From Pholidichthys leucotaenia (taxonomy: Eukaryota), in the NCBI GenBank assembly GCA_020510985.1, contig CM035838.1, positions 342,515,700-342,579,699 on the forward strand: DNA of 64,000 bases. The letters are read 5' to 3'. A model generated the notes under the pieces. The model searched no databases and was not told where the DNA came from. It saw nothing but the letters and a program-made list of their open reading frames with translations. This document shows, piece by piece, positions 51,360 through 63,045 of the stretch. Position 1 is the stretch's first letter. Each line of letters starts with the position of its first letter. The position numbers were made by a program, and so were the translations under genes.

Positions 51360-51447
51360 CTGGGAAATAAAATAGATCAACAAAAACATTTGTGTTTATA
51401 ATCTACACCGCCCACATGTCAAAGGCCATCCTGCTGACCCAACTGAC

Positions 51448-51611
51448 CTTTCGTTGTCCTGGCGGATGTAGGTGAGTGGTCCAATCTCCACACGGGCGAT
51501 GTTGGTGTTCTGATCCAGGACATGGATGTAATTGTGAGGTGGGATGCGGATGATCGAAGTCTCCACCTGTAGCTCCATTTCCGGCCCGCTCTTTGCTCCC
51601 TTCTTCGACAT
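51448..51611 (-). CDS. mvp: Major vault protein, first coding exon: [54 protein letters not shown](R)
   Basis: Minus-strand translation matches the conserved MVP N-terminus. The ATG at 51609-51611 is preceded by an acceptor-like tttgcag (exon start about 51626), so a non-coding exon 1 probably lies upstream. The donor is AG|gtcagt. Confidence 0.85.
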
Positions 51612-52119
51612 GGTTGTAGTTAAATACTGCAAAGAGTAACAGAGGGTTTTTATTTAAATAATTTGATCATTAAAGCCTGATTTACAGTTTTGCAATCAAT
51701 CATTCAAACAAGAGATTAAGATTTTCTGAATCATTACAAGATATTTTTTCAGCCATTTGTACAGTTGGGAGGGTTTCATGTCAGCTTTGTTTTCTGCATG
51801 GTGTTGGCATGTAATGTGAGAAGACATCTACTGTATATTTACAAACCTATTTATCAGCAAGGTGCCAGCAGAAAAACCAGACCGTTGAGTAGCTCATTCC
51901 AGCCTGAAGAACACACCCCGAGTTTACCTTGAGCCTTTCCTTCTCCCTACATTTACAGAGATGTGTATGAAGCAGAGACCTGCTGACACCGGAAATTACA
52001 CTTACTCACCTTGTGACTTTTGACCCTGAGCACAACTTGGATGCGAGTAGATCCATTTATGGCTATAAAACCAAATTATGCAAAGGCAATGGTACCCCCC
52101 CCCCCCCCCCCAACACTAA

Positions 52120-52490
52120 TACTCCCCTTTTTCTCAAATGTTTGTATTCTTTCCCGTAAAAGTTCAGCTACTTTTAATAAATTTGCAATTTCCTTATAAA
52201 TTCGTGACTGTGTTCTCATAGATTTGAAAGCCATAAATGTGACTTTTTGGTAACTGTGAAACCTATCATTTGAAGCTTTTTTCCCCTCAAATTTGATATT
52301 TTTTCTTGTAAATGTGGAACTTTTTTTGTAAATTTACATTTTTTCCTCTCCTAATTTTCAACAGTTTTTTTTCCTCACATCTTTTAAACTTTCTCATTAA
52401 ATTGTGGCTTTCTTATAAATGTGCAATGTTTTTCTAATAAAGTTGCCCATCGTTCTTCTTGTAAATTTACAACATTCATATGGATGCTGA
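52120..52490 (-). repeat. Minisatellite of about 23 bp, inverted copy of the family at 35290-35540
   Basis: Units of ttcttgtaaatttgcaa... type. Confidence 0.6.
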
Positions 52491-52936
52491 TGAAATTTTG
52501 ATATTCTATGTAATGGTTTATGTTTTTCTGTAGACAATGTTTTTGTTGGGAGTGGAGAGATATTTTTCCCCAATTTTAAGAGTTTGAACTTGTCCCCATT
52601 GCAATGAAAGAGGCCCCCTAAACACAAAATTGCATAGGACCCCCAAAAAGCTGGCAACAGCCCTGCGTGTTAGTTTGGGCAATTGCTGAGGAGGAGTAGT
52701 GATTCTCAGTGGCATGAGCCAATTTTCCCTTTGCCATAATTTGTTTAAAAAAGTGTATTCACTTATTTTTGGAATAACATTTTGATGAAAATTCTTATAT
52801 GCAAGTCTGACTTAACTTCCAGATAATCTACCGTGAACTGGGAATTCAAGAGGACCCAGGGTCATTCCCTGCGGAACTGTACAGTTCAGTCAAGAGCAAA
52901 AACAGCAAAACCTTGTGATAAAGAGCATCAGTGTGT

Positions 52937-54507
52937 TACGGTGGTGTGAAAAAGTGTTTGCCCCCTTCCTGATTTCTAATTTTTTTGTACGTTTGTCACA
53001 CTTAAAGGTTTCAGATCAAACAGATAACACAAGTAAACACAAAATGCAGTTCTTAAATTAAGGTATTTATTATCAAGGGGAAAAAAATCCAAACCTACAT
53101 GGCCCTGTGTGAAAAAGTGATTGCCCCTTAAACCTAATAACTGGTTGGGCCACCCTTGGCAGCAACAACTGCAATCAAGCATTTGCGATAACTGGCAATG
53201 AGTCTTTTACAGCGCTGTGGAGGAATTCTGGCCCACTCATCTTTGCAGAATTGTTGCAATTCCGCCACATTGGGGGTTTTTCAAGCATTCAGGTCAAGAC
53301 TTTGACTAGGCCACTCCAAAGTCTTCATTTTGTTTTTCTTAAGCCATTCAGAGGTGGATTTGCTCGTGTGTTTTGGATCATTGTCCTGCTGCAGAACCCA
53401 AGTACGCTTCAGCTTGAGGTCACGAACAGATGGCTGGACATTCTCTTTCAGGATTTTTTGGTAGACAGCAGAATTCATGGTTCCATTTATCACAGTAAGT
53501 CTTCCAAGTCCTGAAGCAGCAAAACAGTCCCAGACTATCACACTACCACCGCCATATTTTACCATTGGTATGATGTTCCTTTTCTGAAATGCTGTGTTAC
53601 TTTTATGCCGGATGTAATGGGACACACAATTTCCAAAAAGTACAACCTTTGTCTCGTCAGCCCATAATATTTTCCCAAAAGTCTTGGGGATCATCAAGAT
53701 GTTTTCTGGCAAAACTAAGACGAGCCTTTATGCCCTTTTTGCTCAGCAGTGGTTTTCATCTTGGAACTCAGCCATGCAGGCCATTTTTGCCCAGTCTCTT
53801 TCTTATGGTTGAGTCATGAACCCTGACCTTAACTGAGGCAAATGAGGCCTGCAGTTCTTTGGGTGTTGTTGTGGGGTCTTTTGTGACCTCTTGGATGAGT
53901 CGTCGCTGTGCTCTTGGAGTAATTTTGGTTGGGCGGCTACTCCTGGGAAGGTTCACCACTGTTCCATGTTGTTGCCATTTGTGGATAATGGCTCTCACTG
54001 TGGTTTGCTGGAGTCCCAAAGCTTTAGAAATGGCTTTATAACCTTTCCAGATTGATACATCTCAATTACTTTGTTTCTCATTTGTTCCTGAATGTCTCTG
54101 GATTGCAGCATGATGTCTAGCTTTTGAGGATCTTTTGGTCTACTTCATTTTGTCAGGCAGGTCCTATTTAAGTGATTTCTTGATTGAGAACAGGTGTGGC
54201 AGTAATCAGGCCTGGGTGTGGCTCGAAAAATTGAACTCAGCTTTCCATAGATGTGATAAACCACGGTTAATTTAGATTTTAACGGGACGGGGGGGGGGTG
54301 TCACTTTTTCACAGGACCATGTAGGTTTGGATTTATTTATTTTTTTTAACCCTTAATAATAAACATCCTCATTTAAAAACTGCATTTTGCATTTACTTGT
54401 GTCATCTTTGTCTAATATTTAAATTTGTTTGATGATCTGAAACATTTAAGTGTGACAAACATACAAAAAAAATGAGAAATGAGGAAGGGGGCAAACACTT
54501 TTTCACA
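52937..54507 (-). mobile_element. Tc1-like DNA transposon (same family as 11146-17228), uninterrupted but with a frameshifted transposase
   Basis: TIRs tacggtggtgtgaaaaagtgtttgccccc at 52937 and the reverse complement ending at 54507. Minus-strand transposase fragments (TVRAIIHKWQQHGTVVNLPRSSRPTKITPRAQRRLIQEVTKDP; [38 protein letters not shown]). Confidence 0.8.
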
Positions 54508-55199
54508 CCACTGTATATTGCTTTATCATGTCAGGTCAGGCACTGGTTTGCTTGCTACCGGATAACCATGAAGACTGGTACTACCCGTCTCAAGGGTAGG
54601 GCCGTTGGCGACTCAACCGGCAGCCCCACCCTTCCGAGGGCATGGAGGGTAAAACTGAGCATCCTGGCAGAACTAAAAACAATATCTGTCACAGATCTAT
54701 GGTGGACCACTCCCAGTTACACAGGGTGAGACTGGACATCCTGGTAGATAAGCACATCTGTTGCAAGGTCTGTGGTGGACTTTTGCCAGTCGATGCATCG
54801 TGACATGCACTACACAAAGAGCAGAGATAAACAAACCTATCATCTGGTTAGCCACTGCAACAGATACTGGAGTTAGTCTTGGTTTGTCCTTGCCACTGAT
54901 AAGACTGGTCAACACCAAATTTATTGTCGAAGTTTTTTTAGCTGATTTAGGACAATTTTGATGTGCTGAATCCAAAAATTACATTGATTTTGCTCAATCA
55001 GGTCAACTTTTTGAACTATGGCCACATTTTTTACGTTTTTTGTTTACATGTATGGGTATTTTCGCTTTATATGATGCAGAATTATTTTTTATTTCTTGAA
55101 ATTCTCTGAATTTTGAACAATGATGATGTAACATTAAATTTACATGTACTTACCTTTATCAATATCTACTATTCAATTTACAGTACAACTGTACAACTG

Positions 55200-55440
55200 C
55201 TGTACAACTGCTTACAACTTAGCATAAAAACCTGACCTGATCGAGAGAAACGGATGTCATTTTCAGATTCAGCGGTGCAAACGTCACCCGGACGTCACCC
55301 GGGTTAACAAGGTCACGAGTTCCTGGCAGAGGAAGGTGAAGGACAGAGCTGCGTGGAGGAATATGATCAGACCTAAATGAAACAGTCATTGTCGCCCCCG
55401 ACAGACTGCTATGATGATGATGATGATGAGGATGATATTG
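55200..55440 (+). mobile_element. LINE 3' fragment (RT C-terminus ...KDRAAWRNMIRPK* plus 3' tail with (ATG)n/(GAT)n)
   Basis: Translation of 55320-55380 gives a C-terminal motif typical of LINE ORF2. Followed by a short trinucleotide tail. Confidence 0.45.
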
Positions 55441-55448
55441 CTTTAGAA

Positions 55449-55643
55449 CAGGGGTGTCCAGTCATGTGCCATGGAGGGCCAAGACCCTGCAGGCTTTACC
55501 TCCAACCACTGTCTTCAACAACAGATTTCACTGAACTTCTTCCCACTGATTGCTGATCACTGAAAACACCTACTGAAGAGACCGGGTAGAAGAGAAAACC
55601 TGCAGGGACTTGGCCCTCCACGGCACATGATTGGAAACCCCTG
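55449..55643. mobile_element. MITE of about 195 bp with TIRs of about 45 bp (caggggtgtccagtcatgtgccatggagggccaagaccctgcagg / reverse complement)
   Basis: The arms are reverse complements; no coding capacity. Confidence 0.65.
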
Positions 55644-56786
55644 GTAGAACCTTTTAAAAACTTTTAATCTATGTTGTCCAGACTTCATATAACACATTTT
55701 ATTGTATTACAGAAATCCAAATAAAATACCGCACATAGGGAACAGGCTCCTGACGAGAGGTCACAGTGTCAAAGATTGTATCACTACCCATTGTTTCAAC
55801 TTCTTTGACCAACCATTTATAAAAAGTTGTTAAAGGTAGAAAATTGTTTAATCATGTATTACGTATACTGGGACCGTATCATAGCTGAGCTTTTTTTGTT
55901 AAATATAAACTCTTAAATGAAGCTCATTTTTGGTGTCAGTCTTTGACTTGTGTTGACTCAGCACAAACATTTAAAACGGGCCGAAGAAATAAGGGTCAGA
56001 AATTAAACAAGACTCAAGACAACAGGAGACGTTCAGCTTCTGAGAGTTCAGTAGTTCAGGAAGAAAATACTTTGATCTGAATAAATCTGACAAGGCAGAG
56101 CAGCTGCCAGGCCTCTGATGTTCAGAGACGCACCTACTGCGCAGAGAACGAAGTCTAAATCTGTCTGTCACACAAACAAGCTGGTTTAAAAGGGACAGCT
56201 CACAACAAAACTCTAACGTCTCGTTTTGGAGAAATCAGCAGCCAAGATTTACACCCCTTTGTCAACACACCCAACTTGTGACTCGGTTGTCAAAAAGTTT
56301 TCAAATCTCTCTTCAACCAGCAGAAAGAAGCCAAACATTATAGCAGAGCTTCCTGTACATCCTGTAAACTGCCTCTCTGTGGTCAGCTGCACCCATTACA
56401 TATTATGGAAAAATGATGTCCATATACAAGTCAGATTGAGAAGTCTTGTGTCATTTGCAACCAGAATTTGACCTTGTAAGAGTGTGTTTAAAACTTTAGA
56501 TGGTTGTGAGGTTTAATTTGCAAGGGTCTCCGTTTTGTTAGCACAGTGATTTCAGCGGCTTCATCACTGCAGCCACTGTTGGAAAATGGCCGGTCCATGC
56601 TAAAGCAGTTAACGTGGAAGGGCGGTGTCTCTCTCCCTCTTCTTCCACCTCTGTAATATAATAAACTGGACTGTAAAGTGGGTCGGTTGTTATGACCCTG
56701 GTCTGGTCCAGAACCGGACCTGGGTCTGGTCTGGACCAAAACCGGACCTGGGTCTGGTAGACACTGCCCTCTCCATTCTTTTTCAG

Positions 56787-56897
56787 ATCTCTGGCCAAGC
56801 AGCTGCTCCTGCAGATGAGGAAATTCCCTGGAAAGCTGCTCTGTCATCAGACCAAACTCCAGTGAAAAAGAGGAAGAAAAAAGTCCTAAAGACACAG
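56787..56897 (+). CDS. Candidate internal exon of an unidentified plus-strand gene: ISGQAAAPADEEIPWKAALSSDQTPVKKRKKKVLKTQ
   Basis: Strong acceptor (ctccattctttttcag|A) and donor (CAG|gtaagtg). Open 37-codon frame with a basic KKRKKK nuclear-localisation-like motif. Confidence 0.35.
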
Positions 56898-58388
56898 TAA
56901 GTGTTGTGGGAGTTCCCTGTATATCAGTCCAGTTATTCTACTAATTCCTACCAGGCCACGCTTACTAAAACAGACATTCATAAATAGAGAATTGCCAAGC
57001 TCAAGAGTTGTTGGAGAAAAGTAAGGAAATTGCATTGTAAACTCTTGTAAAAATGTGACATTTCGTTCAAGAAACAGCTGTTTGGTTAATTTAATTAGAA
57101 CCGAATTATAGCTCAGCTATGATTTATTCACAGTTCATGTTTAAGTTTTTTCTGTCGTGCAGAAATATGATATAATAAGTGTGTAAATGCTAAAATCTCA
57201 AATTTGACAGCAGCTTTCCGGCTCTTACCGGTGCGGCTCAGCGATAATGCACAGGCAGCTCGGTGTCTCCTTTCTCGCTCGGGTCCAAGCTGAAAGACAG
57301 AGTGGAGCCTTTAATAAACTAGACCGAACAAAGAAGAAACGTAGTTACAATCACACGGGTGGGCGTGACAATACTCTGCAGTTACTGAAACCCGGAAGAC
57401 CACAGCACCTACCGTTAGTCACATGGTTTCCCCACAGCGGTGTCAAACACGAACGTCAGCATGGTCGGGGGCAGCACACACATGCAAGTACCAGACTGCA
57501 TACAAACTACAAACAACGCCACATAAATATGTGTGTCTTTTACTCTGGATTGTGGGTTATCCTTATTTATTTCACACAACAGAAATAAACAGAACGTGTG
57601 CTGATGTAGCGCGACAGTAATCTAATACTGACCTTTAAAGAAGTGAGGAGGATGTGGGAAATGTCTGTTCTATAATTCTGTGCTACTTGTCTGGACATGT
57701 GCCACCCAGTGATGTACGCGTCATCGCACATTGGCAGAGCCATTTTCTGATCCGTTTCCGCTACTGTCATTTATTACCCCCCCCCCCCCGCAACTGATTG
57801 ATTGATTGATTGAGCTTATTGAGTAAAAACCGTACATGCATAAACAAGATACTGTGGAGTGTGTGAAATAAGAGGCAGATTCATGGACAGACGGTTTATT
57901 ACACACTTCACATCTCACAAGCACAGAACAGAATGAATCATTTCAGCAAACTCTCCTCTTTTACCCAAATCACTCTTCACACGTTTCATGGCATTTCTCA
58001 TCACACGGCATGACATTTACATTACACTGCATTCAATCCCCTATGTCCTTGACTCCTTCCTGCTATCTCGCCAGAAACCCCTTGGGCATTGTTCTCCCAT
58101 GCTTATTCACTGTCTCCGTCTGAGATGCTAAATAATCTGACATCCCCAAGGTCCTACAACGCCCCCCCCCCCCCCAGCATCTTAGATAGAACATTAGTCC
58201 ACACGCTCTTTTGGCTTCAGCCTCCTCCCATATCTGCTGTAACTGGGGTTTACCGCCTCCGTGGCGCTGCTGTGCCGGTGGGGGGCTGCTGGGAGTGTGT
58301 CTGACTGCGGGTGGGCCGTGGCGAGGGGGGGGGAAACTTCGCTCTGTCCGTGTGGCTGCTCTGGTGAATCGTTTCCCTGGGGAGCTCT

Positions 58389-59435
58389 TCATGGGGGTCT
58401 TCCACGCCGAGGGGCCCTCGCCAACAGCACTTGCTCGTCCGCTGCTACAAAGGCGGGTTTGAGTCTGTCTATGCCAATTTTCTCCCGCCGACCTCCCAAG
58501 TCTAGCAAAAAATGCTTGTCCCCTGTTTCCAACACTCTGAATGGTCCATCATAGGGTGGGCGCAATGGTGGGCGGTGGGCGTCATGTCTGACGAACACGA
58601 ACTCTGCGTTCTTCGAAGTTTTAGGCACGAAAGCACGTGGAAAACAGTGGTGGGCCGGGCCCGGCAGCGTGCCTGTGTTTGCGCTCTGCTGCAAAAGCTG
58701 AGACGGGGAGCTGTCCGGCGCGGGATTATCTGGCAGAAATTTCCCGGGCAGCCGTAGGGGCTGCGCAAAAACAAGCTGTGCCGGGGAAGCTTCCAAATCC
58801 TCTTTTGGCACGGAGCGCAACCCCAATAAAACCCACAGCAACCTGTCCACCCAATTTGCATCCGTCAGCGAAGCCCTGAGTGCTGATTTCAGTGATCTAT
58901 GAAAACGATCGCATAACCCATTGGCCTGTGGGTTGTACGTGGTTGTGGGATGAATTGCAACACCCAGGCTGTGGGCCATCGCGGACCAGAGGTCGGAAAC
59001 AAATTGAGGGCCCCTGTCGGACGTAATGTCCAACGGGACTCCAAAACGCGCCACCCATGCTGTTAAAAAAGCGCGTGCCACGTCCGCAGAGGTGGTTGCC
59101 GCCAGCGGGACTGCTTCTGGCCAGCGCGTGGTGTGGTCCACCACTGTCAGGAGGTGCATGCACCCCTGTGATGGCGGGAGGGGGCCCACGAGGTCCGCGT
59201 GAACATGGTCAAACCTCTTAGCCGGTACCCGAAATGGCTTCAAGGGAGCCTTCGTGTGTCTGTGTACCTTGGCTCGTTGGCACGCCACCCAGGCCGCAGC
59301 CCACTCTTTTACTTGTTTGCGTAGGCTCGGCCACACGAACTTCTCTCCCACCATTTTGACCGACGCGCACACTCCTGGGTGCGCCAGAGTGTGAACCGAC
59401 TCAAACACGCGGCGGCGCCACACAACCGGGACCAC
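58389..59435 (-). CDS. Retrotransposon integrase
   Basis: HADLVGPLPPSQG, TVVDHTTRWPEAVPL and ITSDRGPQF. Confidence 0.8.
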   Translation of the reverse strand: MVPVVWRRRVFESVHTLAHPGVCASVKMVGEKFVWPSLRKQVKEWAAAWVACQRAKVHRHTKAPLKPFRVPAKRFDHVHADLVGPLPPSQGCMHLLTVVDHTTRWPEAVPLAATTSADVARAFLTAWVARFGVPLDITSDRGPQFVSDLWSAMAHSLGVAIHPTTTYNPQANGLCDRFHRSLKSALRASLTDANWVDRLLWVLLGLRSVPKEDLEASPAQLVFAQPLRLPGKFLPDNPAPDSSPSQLLQQSANTGTLPGPAHHCFPRAFVPKTSKNAEFVFVRHDAHRPPLRPPYDGPFRVLETGDKHFLLDLGGRREKIGIDRLKPAFVAADEQVLLARAPRRGRPP

Positions 59436-61128
59436 CGGACGCGGGCATCCCGTGGAGACATTGCAGATTGGGGGGGGGGGGGGGCATGCCGTCTTGCAGT
59501 ACCCTGCTCTCCAGCCTTAACCCTGTTGGTCCAGACTGGAGTGCGCGCACGTCTGCATCGCTAATCTGCTCCGCGGCCATGGCTGCGTAATCTATCCCCA
59601 CGTAGACCGGGGCCACCACGGCGCGCGTGAGGCAGTCCGCCACCACATTAAGTTTACCCGACACATGCTGAATATCGGTAGTAAACTCTGAGATCGCGGC
59701 CAGCTGTCTCTGCTGCCGGCCCGACCACAGTTCTGAAGCCTTGGCCATCACGAACGTTAGTGGCTTGTGGTCCACGAACGCTATGAAGCTGCGCTCTTCC
59801 GGCCAGAACTGGAAGTGGCATATGGCCAGGTGGAGGGCCAGCAACTCCCTGTCGAACGTGCTGTATTTACGTTCACTGTCGCGCAAAGTCCTGCTGAAAA
59901 AAGCGAGCGGCTGCCAAGCCCCGGCAACGTGCTGCTCCACGACAGCCCCTATAGCCACGTCTAAAGCGTCGGTGGTGAGCGCTATCCGGGCCGCCGGGTC
60001 CGGATGCGCCAGCAGTGCGGCGTTTGCCAGGGCTGCTTTAACCTCCGAGAACGCCCACTCTTGCTCCGGGGTCCATTTGACCCCATCCGCGGGTTTCTGT
60101 CTCTTGAGCGCGGCGTACAATGGTTGCATGAGCCGTGCCGCGCAGGGAAGGAAACGGTTATAAAAGTTCACCATCCCCAAAAATTCTTGCAGCGCCCTGA
60201 CCGTCTGAGGCCAGGGAAAATCCGCTACGGCGCTCACTTTGTCGGGCAATGGGATCACTCCTTCCGGAGAGACGCGGTGCCCCCAAAAATTAATCTGCGT
60301 CACGCCGAACTGGCATTTCGCCAGGTTGATTATTAACCCGTGCTCCTCCAACCTCAGGATATCGTCCAGGTAGGCGAACATGAACGGGAGATCGTGCAGC
60401 ACTGCATCCATCACGCGCTGGAACGTCTGTACCACGCCTTTTAACCCGAATGGCATGCGCAGGAGCTCGAATAAATCGAACGGAGTTATTACCGCTGTTT
60501 TGGGTACGTTCTCCGCACGCACTGGGACCTGGTGATAACCGTGGACCAGGTCTATTTTGGAAAAAATGCGTGCTCTGGCGAGGTGAACGGAAAAATCCTG
60601 TATGTGGGGAATCGGGTAGCGGTTGTGTGCTGTGGCGTTGTTCAACCTGCGGAAATCACCGCACGGTCTTGCGAAAACGGGCGGCCCGGTGCTGGTGATA
60701 AAGTGCTCCACCCCGTGCTTAGCGATGGCCGCCGAAAACGTTGGGACCGTGAGTGCTGGGAACTGAGTGAGCAGTGTGTGGAACTTACCGCCTGGAGCTG
60801 TGACGTTGGCTTGTGCTGTTGGCCGAGTCCCTCGAGCTACACAGGGGAGAGATTCAAAGGACAGTGCATTAACCAGGCGTCTGTTAGCAACATCCACAAG
60901 TAAACCATGCGCACACAGAAAATCAGCGCCCAGGATCGGGCAACACAGTGCTGCTATGATAAAAGTCCACTCATACGAGCGGCCATGTAGAGATAAGGCC
61001 AGTGTTCTCTCACCAAACGTCTTAATCTCCGAGCCGTTTACTGCCACAAGTCCGGGACCGCTAGGTACTGCCAGCAGTAGGATGGCGGGATGACGCTCTT
61101 CTGGGCTCCGGTGTTGACGAGGAAGCAT
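59401..61128 (-). CDS. Retrotransposon PR-RT-RNaseH polyprotein segment (continuous 575-aa ORF)
   Basis: RT motifs (DLVHGYHQVPV, FMFAYLDDIL, with a short deletion after YLDDIL) and an RNase H region (TDALDVAIGAVVEQ). Confidence 0.8.
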   Translation of the reverse strand: MLPRQHRSPEERHPAILLLAVPSGPGLVAVNGSEIKTFGERTLALSLHGRSYEWTFIIAALCCPILGADFLCAHGLLVDVANRRLVNALSFESLPCVARGTRPTAQANVTAPGGKFHTLLTQFPALTVPTFSAAIAKHGVEHFITSTGPPVFARPCGDFRRLNNATAHNRYPIPHIQDFSVHLARARIFSKIDLVHGYHQVPVRAENVPKTAVITPFDLFELLRMPFGLKGVVQTFQRVMDAVLHDLPFMFAYLDDILRLEEHGLIINLAKCQFGVTQINFWGHRVSPEGVIPLPDKVSAVADFPWPQTVRALQEFLGMVNFYNRFLPCAARLMQPLYAALKRQKPADGVKWTPEQEWAFSEVKAALANAALLAHPDPAARIALTTDALDVAIGAVVEQHVAGAWQPLAFFSRTLRDSERKYSTFDRELLALHLAICHFQFWPEERSFIAFVDHKPLTFVMAKASELWSGRQQRQLAAISEFTTDIQHVSGKLNVVADCLTRAVVAPVYVGIDYAAMAAEQISDADVRALQSGPTGLRLESRVLQDGMPPPPPNLQCLHGMPASGGPGCVAPPRV

Positions 61129-61739
61129 CTCCCCAAGTGCGAGTCCGTCACGTAGAGCAACTTGTTCTCTTCACCGGCGGTCGCAGCTGCTACCGACTGC
61201 CGGCCTTGGCGTTTCCCGAGCACTTGAACTGGCACGGTCTCTCCGAAGCGGCGGTGGTAGAAGAAGAGCGTGTCTCTCTGGCGCTCCTTGGCCCCTGCTG
61301 CCGCTACCGTCGGTGGCTCCTCGCCTCCTCTGGTCGTCTCGCTGGGCTCCGCCACCGCCGCATTGACAGTGATCGCCCGGGTGGTGAGGATGATCCGGTC
61401 TGCCTCCTGGGCTAGTGCACGGTAGTCACGCGCGGCCAGCAACGGCGAATTGGCCAGAACCGCTCTCGCCTCCGTTGGAAGGTTCCGGAGGAAAAGGTGG
61501 GCAAACAGAAAGTGCCCGTCGTCCGTGCCCATTAACGCCAGCATCTTCTCCATCAGATCGACGGCCGAATCATGTCCTAACTCGGTCCGCCCCAGGAGCC
61601 TCTCTGCTCTCTCACATTCCGAGAGCGTGTAGCGCCGGGTCAGCGCAGCCTTGAGCGCCTCGTTTTTGCTGCGGGCTGGAGGCTGATCGAGCAGGCTCGC
61701 TACCTGCTGGGCTGTGAGAGCGTCCAGCGCTGCTACCAC
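61038..61739 (-). CDS. Retrotransposon gag-protease ORF
   Basis: Gag region homologous to copy 2 (RAERLLG...LFLRNLP). The protease motif reads FLVNTGAQKSVIP, with the active-site DTG replaced by NTG. Confidence 0.65.
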   Translation of the reverse strand: MVAALDALTAQQVASLLDQPPARSKNEALKAALTRRYTLSECERAERLLGRTELGHDSAVDLMEKMLALMGTDDGHFLFAHLFLRNLPTEARAVLANSPLLAARDYRALAQEADRIILTTRAITVNAAVAEPSETTRGGEEPPTVAAAGAKERQRDTLFFYHRRFGETVPVQVLGKRQGRQSVAAATAGEENKLLYVTDSHLGRCFLVNTGAQKSVIPPSYCWQYLAVPDLWQ

Positions 61740-63045
61740 ATGGTAGAGCTTGGTGTCGTCTGCCGTTACTCCCCGGAGGGCGAACTGGGCCTCAGTGTGG
61801 TGGAACCAAGAGCGCGGGTTGTGCTGTCAAAAGTCCGGTAGCTTGACTGAAACTGCACACGCGTTGCTGGGGGCTTCAGTCCGGGCTGTCTGTGGGATGG
61901 CTGCTGCGTCACTGGGGTTTCCCGACTGGGCCGGCTCCGGGGTTCTTGCCTCGTGTTCCGTAATTCGTCTAGGGTCACCAGTGTGGAGCGTGTGAAATAA
62001 GAGGCAGATTCATGGACAGATTCATGGACAGACGGTTTATTACACACTTCACATCTTACAAGCACAGAACAGAATGAATCATTTCAGCAAACTCTCCTCT
62101 TTTACCCAAATCACTCTTCACACATTTCGTGGCATTTCTCATCACACAATATGACATTTACATTACACTGCTTTCAACCCCCTTTGTCCTTGACTCCTTC
62201 CTACTATCTCACCAGAAACCCCCTGGGCATTGTTCTCCCATGCTTATTCACTGTCTCCATCTGAGATGCTAAATAATCTGACTTCCCCAAGGTCCTACAA
62301 TACATATATAACAATCGCAGAGGATAACACATAAAAGCATACAATTAGCACACTTATTTCCAATCTGGTCTTCAAAAAGAATAAAGATATTGATGCAACA
62401 GCCAACATAAAACAAGAAAAAAATATTTGAAAAAAATAATAGAACTATTGAAGATGAAAGCAAGAGGCAGCAAGCTGAACGACACACAAACTTTATTCCT
62501 CTTCCAACATAAAACACAGAAAAACTCTCCCTTTCTCCATTAGCATCCCTAACTATAGGGCCTTTTCCATTAGCCCCGCTTAGCACGCCACGGGACAGCT
62601 CAGCACGCTTTGTAAGTCTTTCCACTAGCCCCAACACGGTTTAACAGCCGCGATTTTCGGCCCCGCTCAAGGGCAGGGTACAGTCGTGCTGAGCCGTGCC
62701 GTGTTGTGACTTTAAAAGACTGGTCGCCGCTGATTGGTCAGGTCGTAACGTCACAAAAGCGACCGTCTTCTGATGAATCTTCACACGACCGCCATTTGCA
62801 AATTTCACGAACTAACTCAGTCACGGAGTAAATACGATATTAATACAGACAGCGTTGTAGGTTTTGCAGAACTCTACACCGTGGTCCAACGAAGAGGTGC
62901 AGAGTTTTCTCTGCTTGGTGGCAGATACACAGTGAGGAGTGACCCGGACCCATACAGATGGCTGGCCAGCATAGAACCGGACTATAGACAAGCTGAAGAC
63001 GAACGTGAGAGAACCATCGATGGTGAGTGATTTGTAATAATGTGC

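Larger units (their letters stand above)
57853..62299 (-). mobile_element. Complete Ty3/Gypsy-like LTR retrotransposon (copy 3), upstream of mvp
   Basis: LTRs at 57853-58158 and 61982-62299 (TG...CA), about 95% identical with a 12-bp duplication. 4-bp TSD ATAC at 57849-57852 and 62300-62303. Primer-binding site TGGTGACCCTAGACG. Internal gag-PR-RT-RH-INT. Confidence 0.85.
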
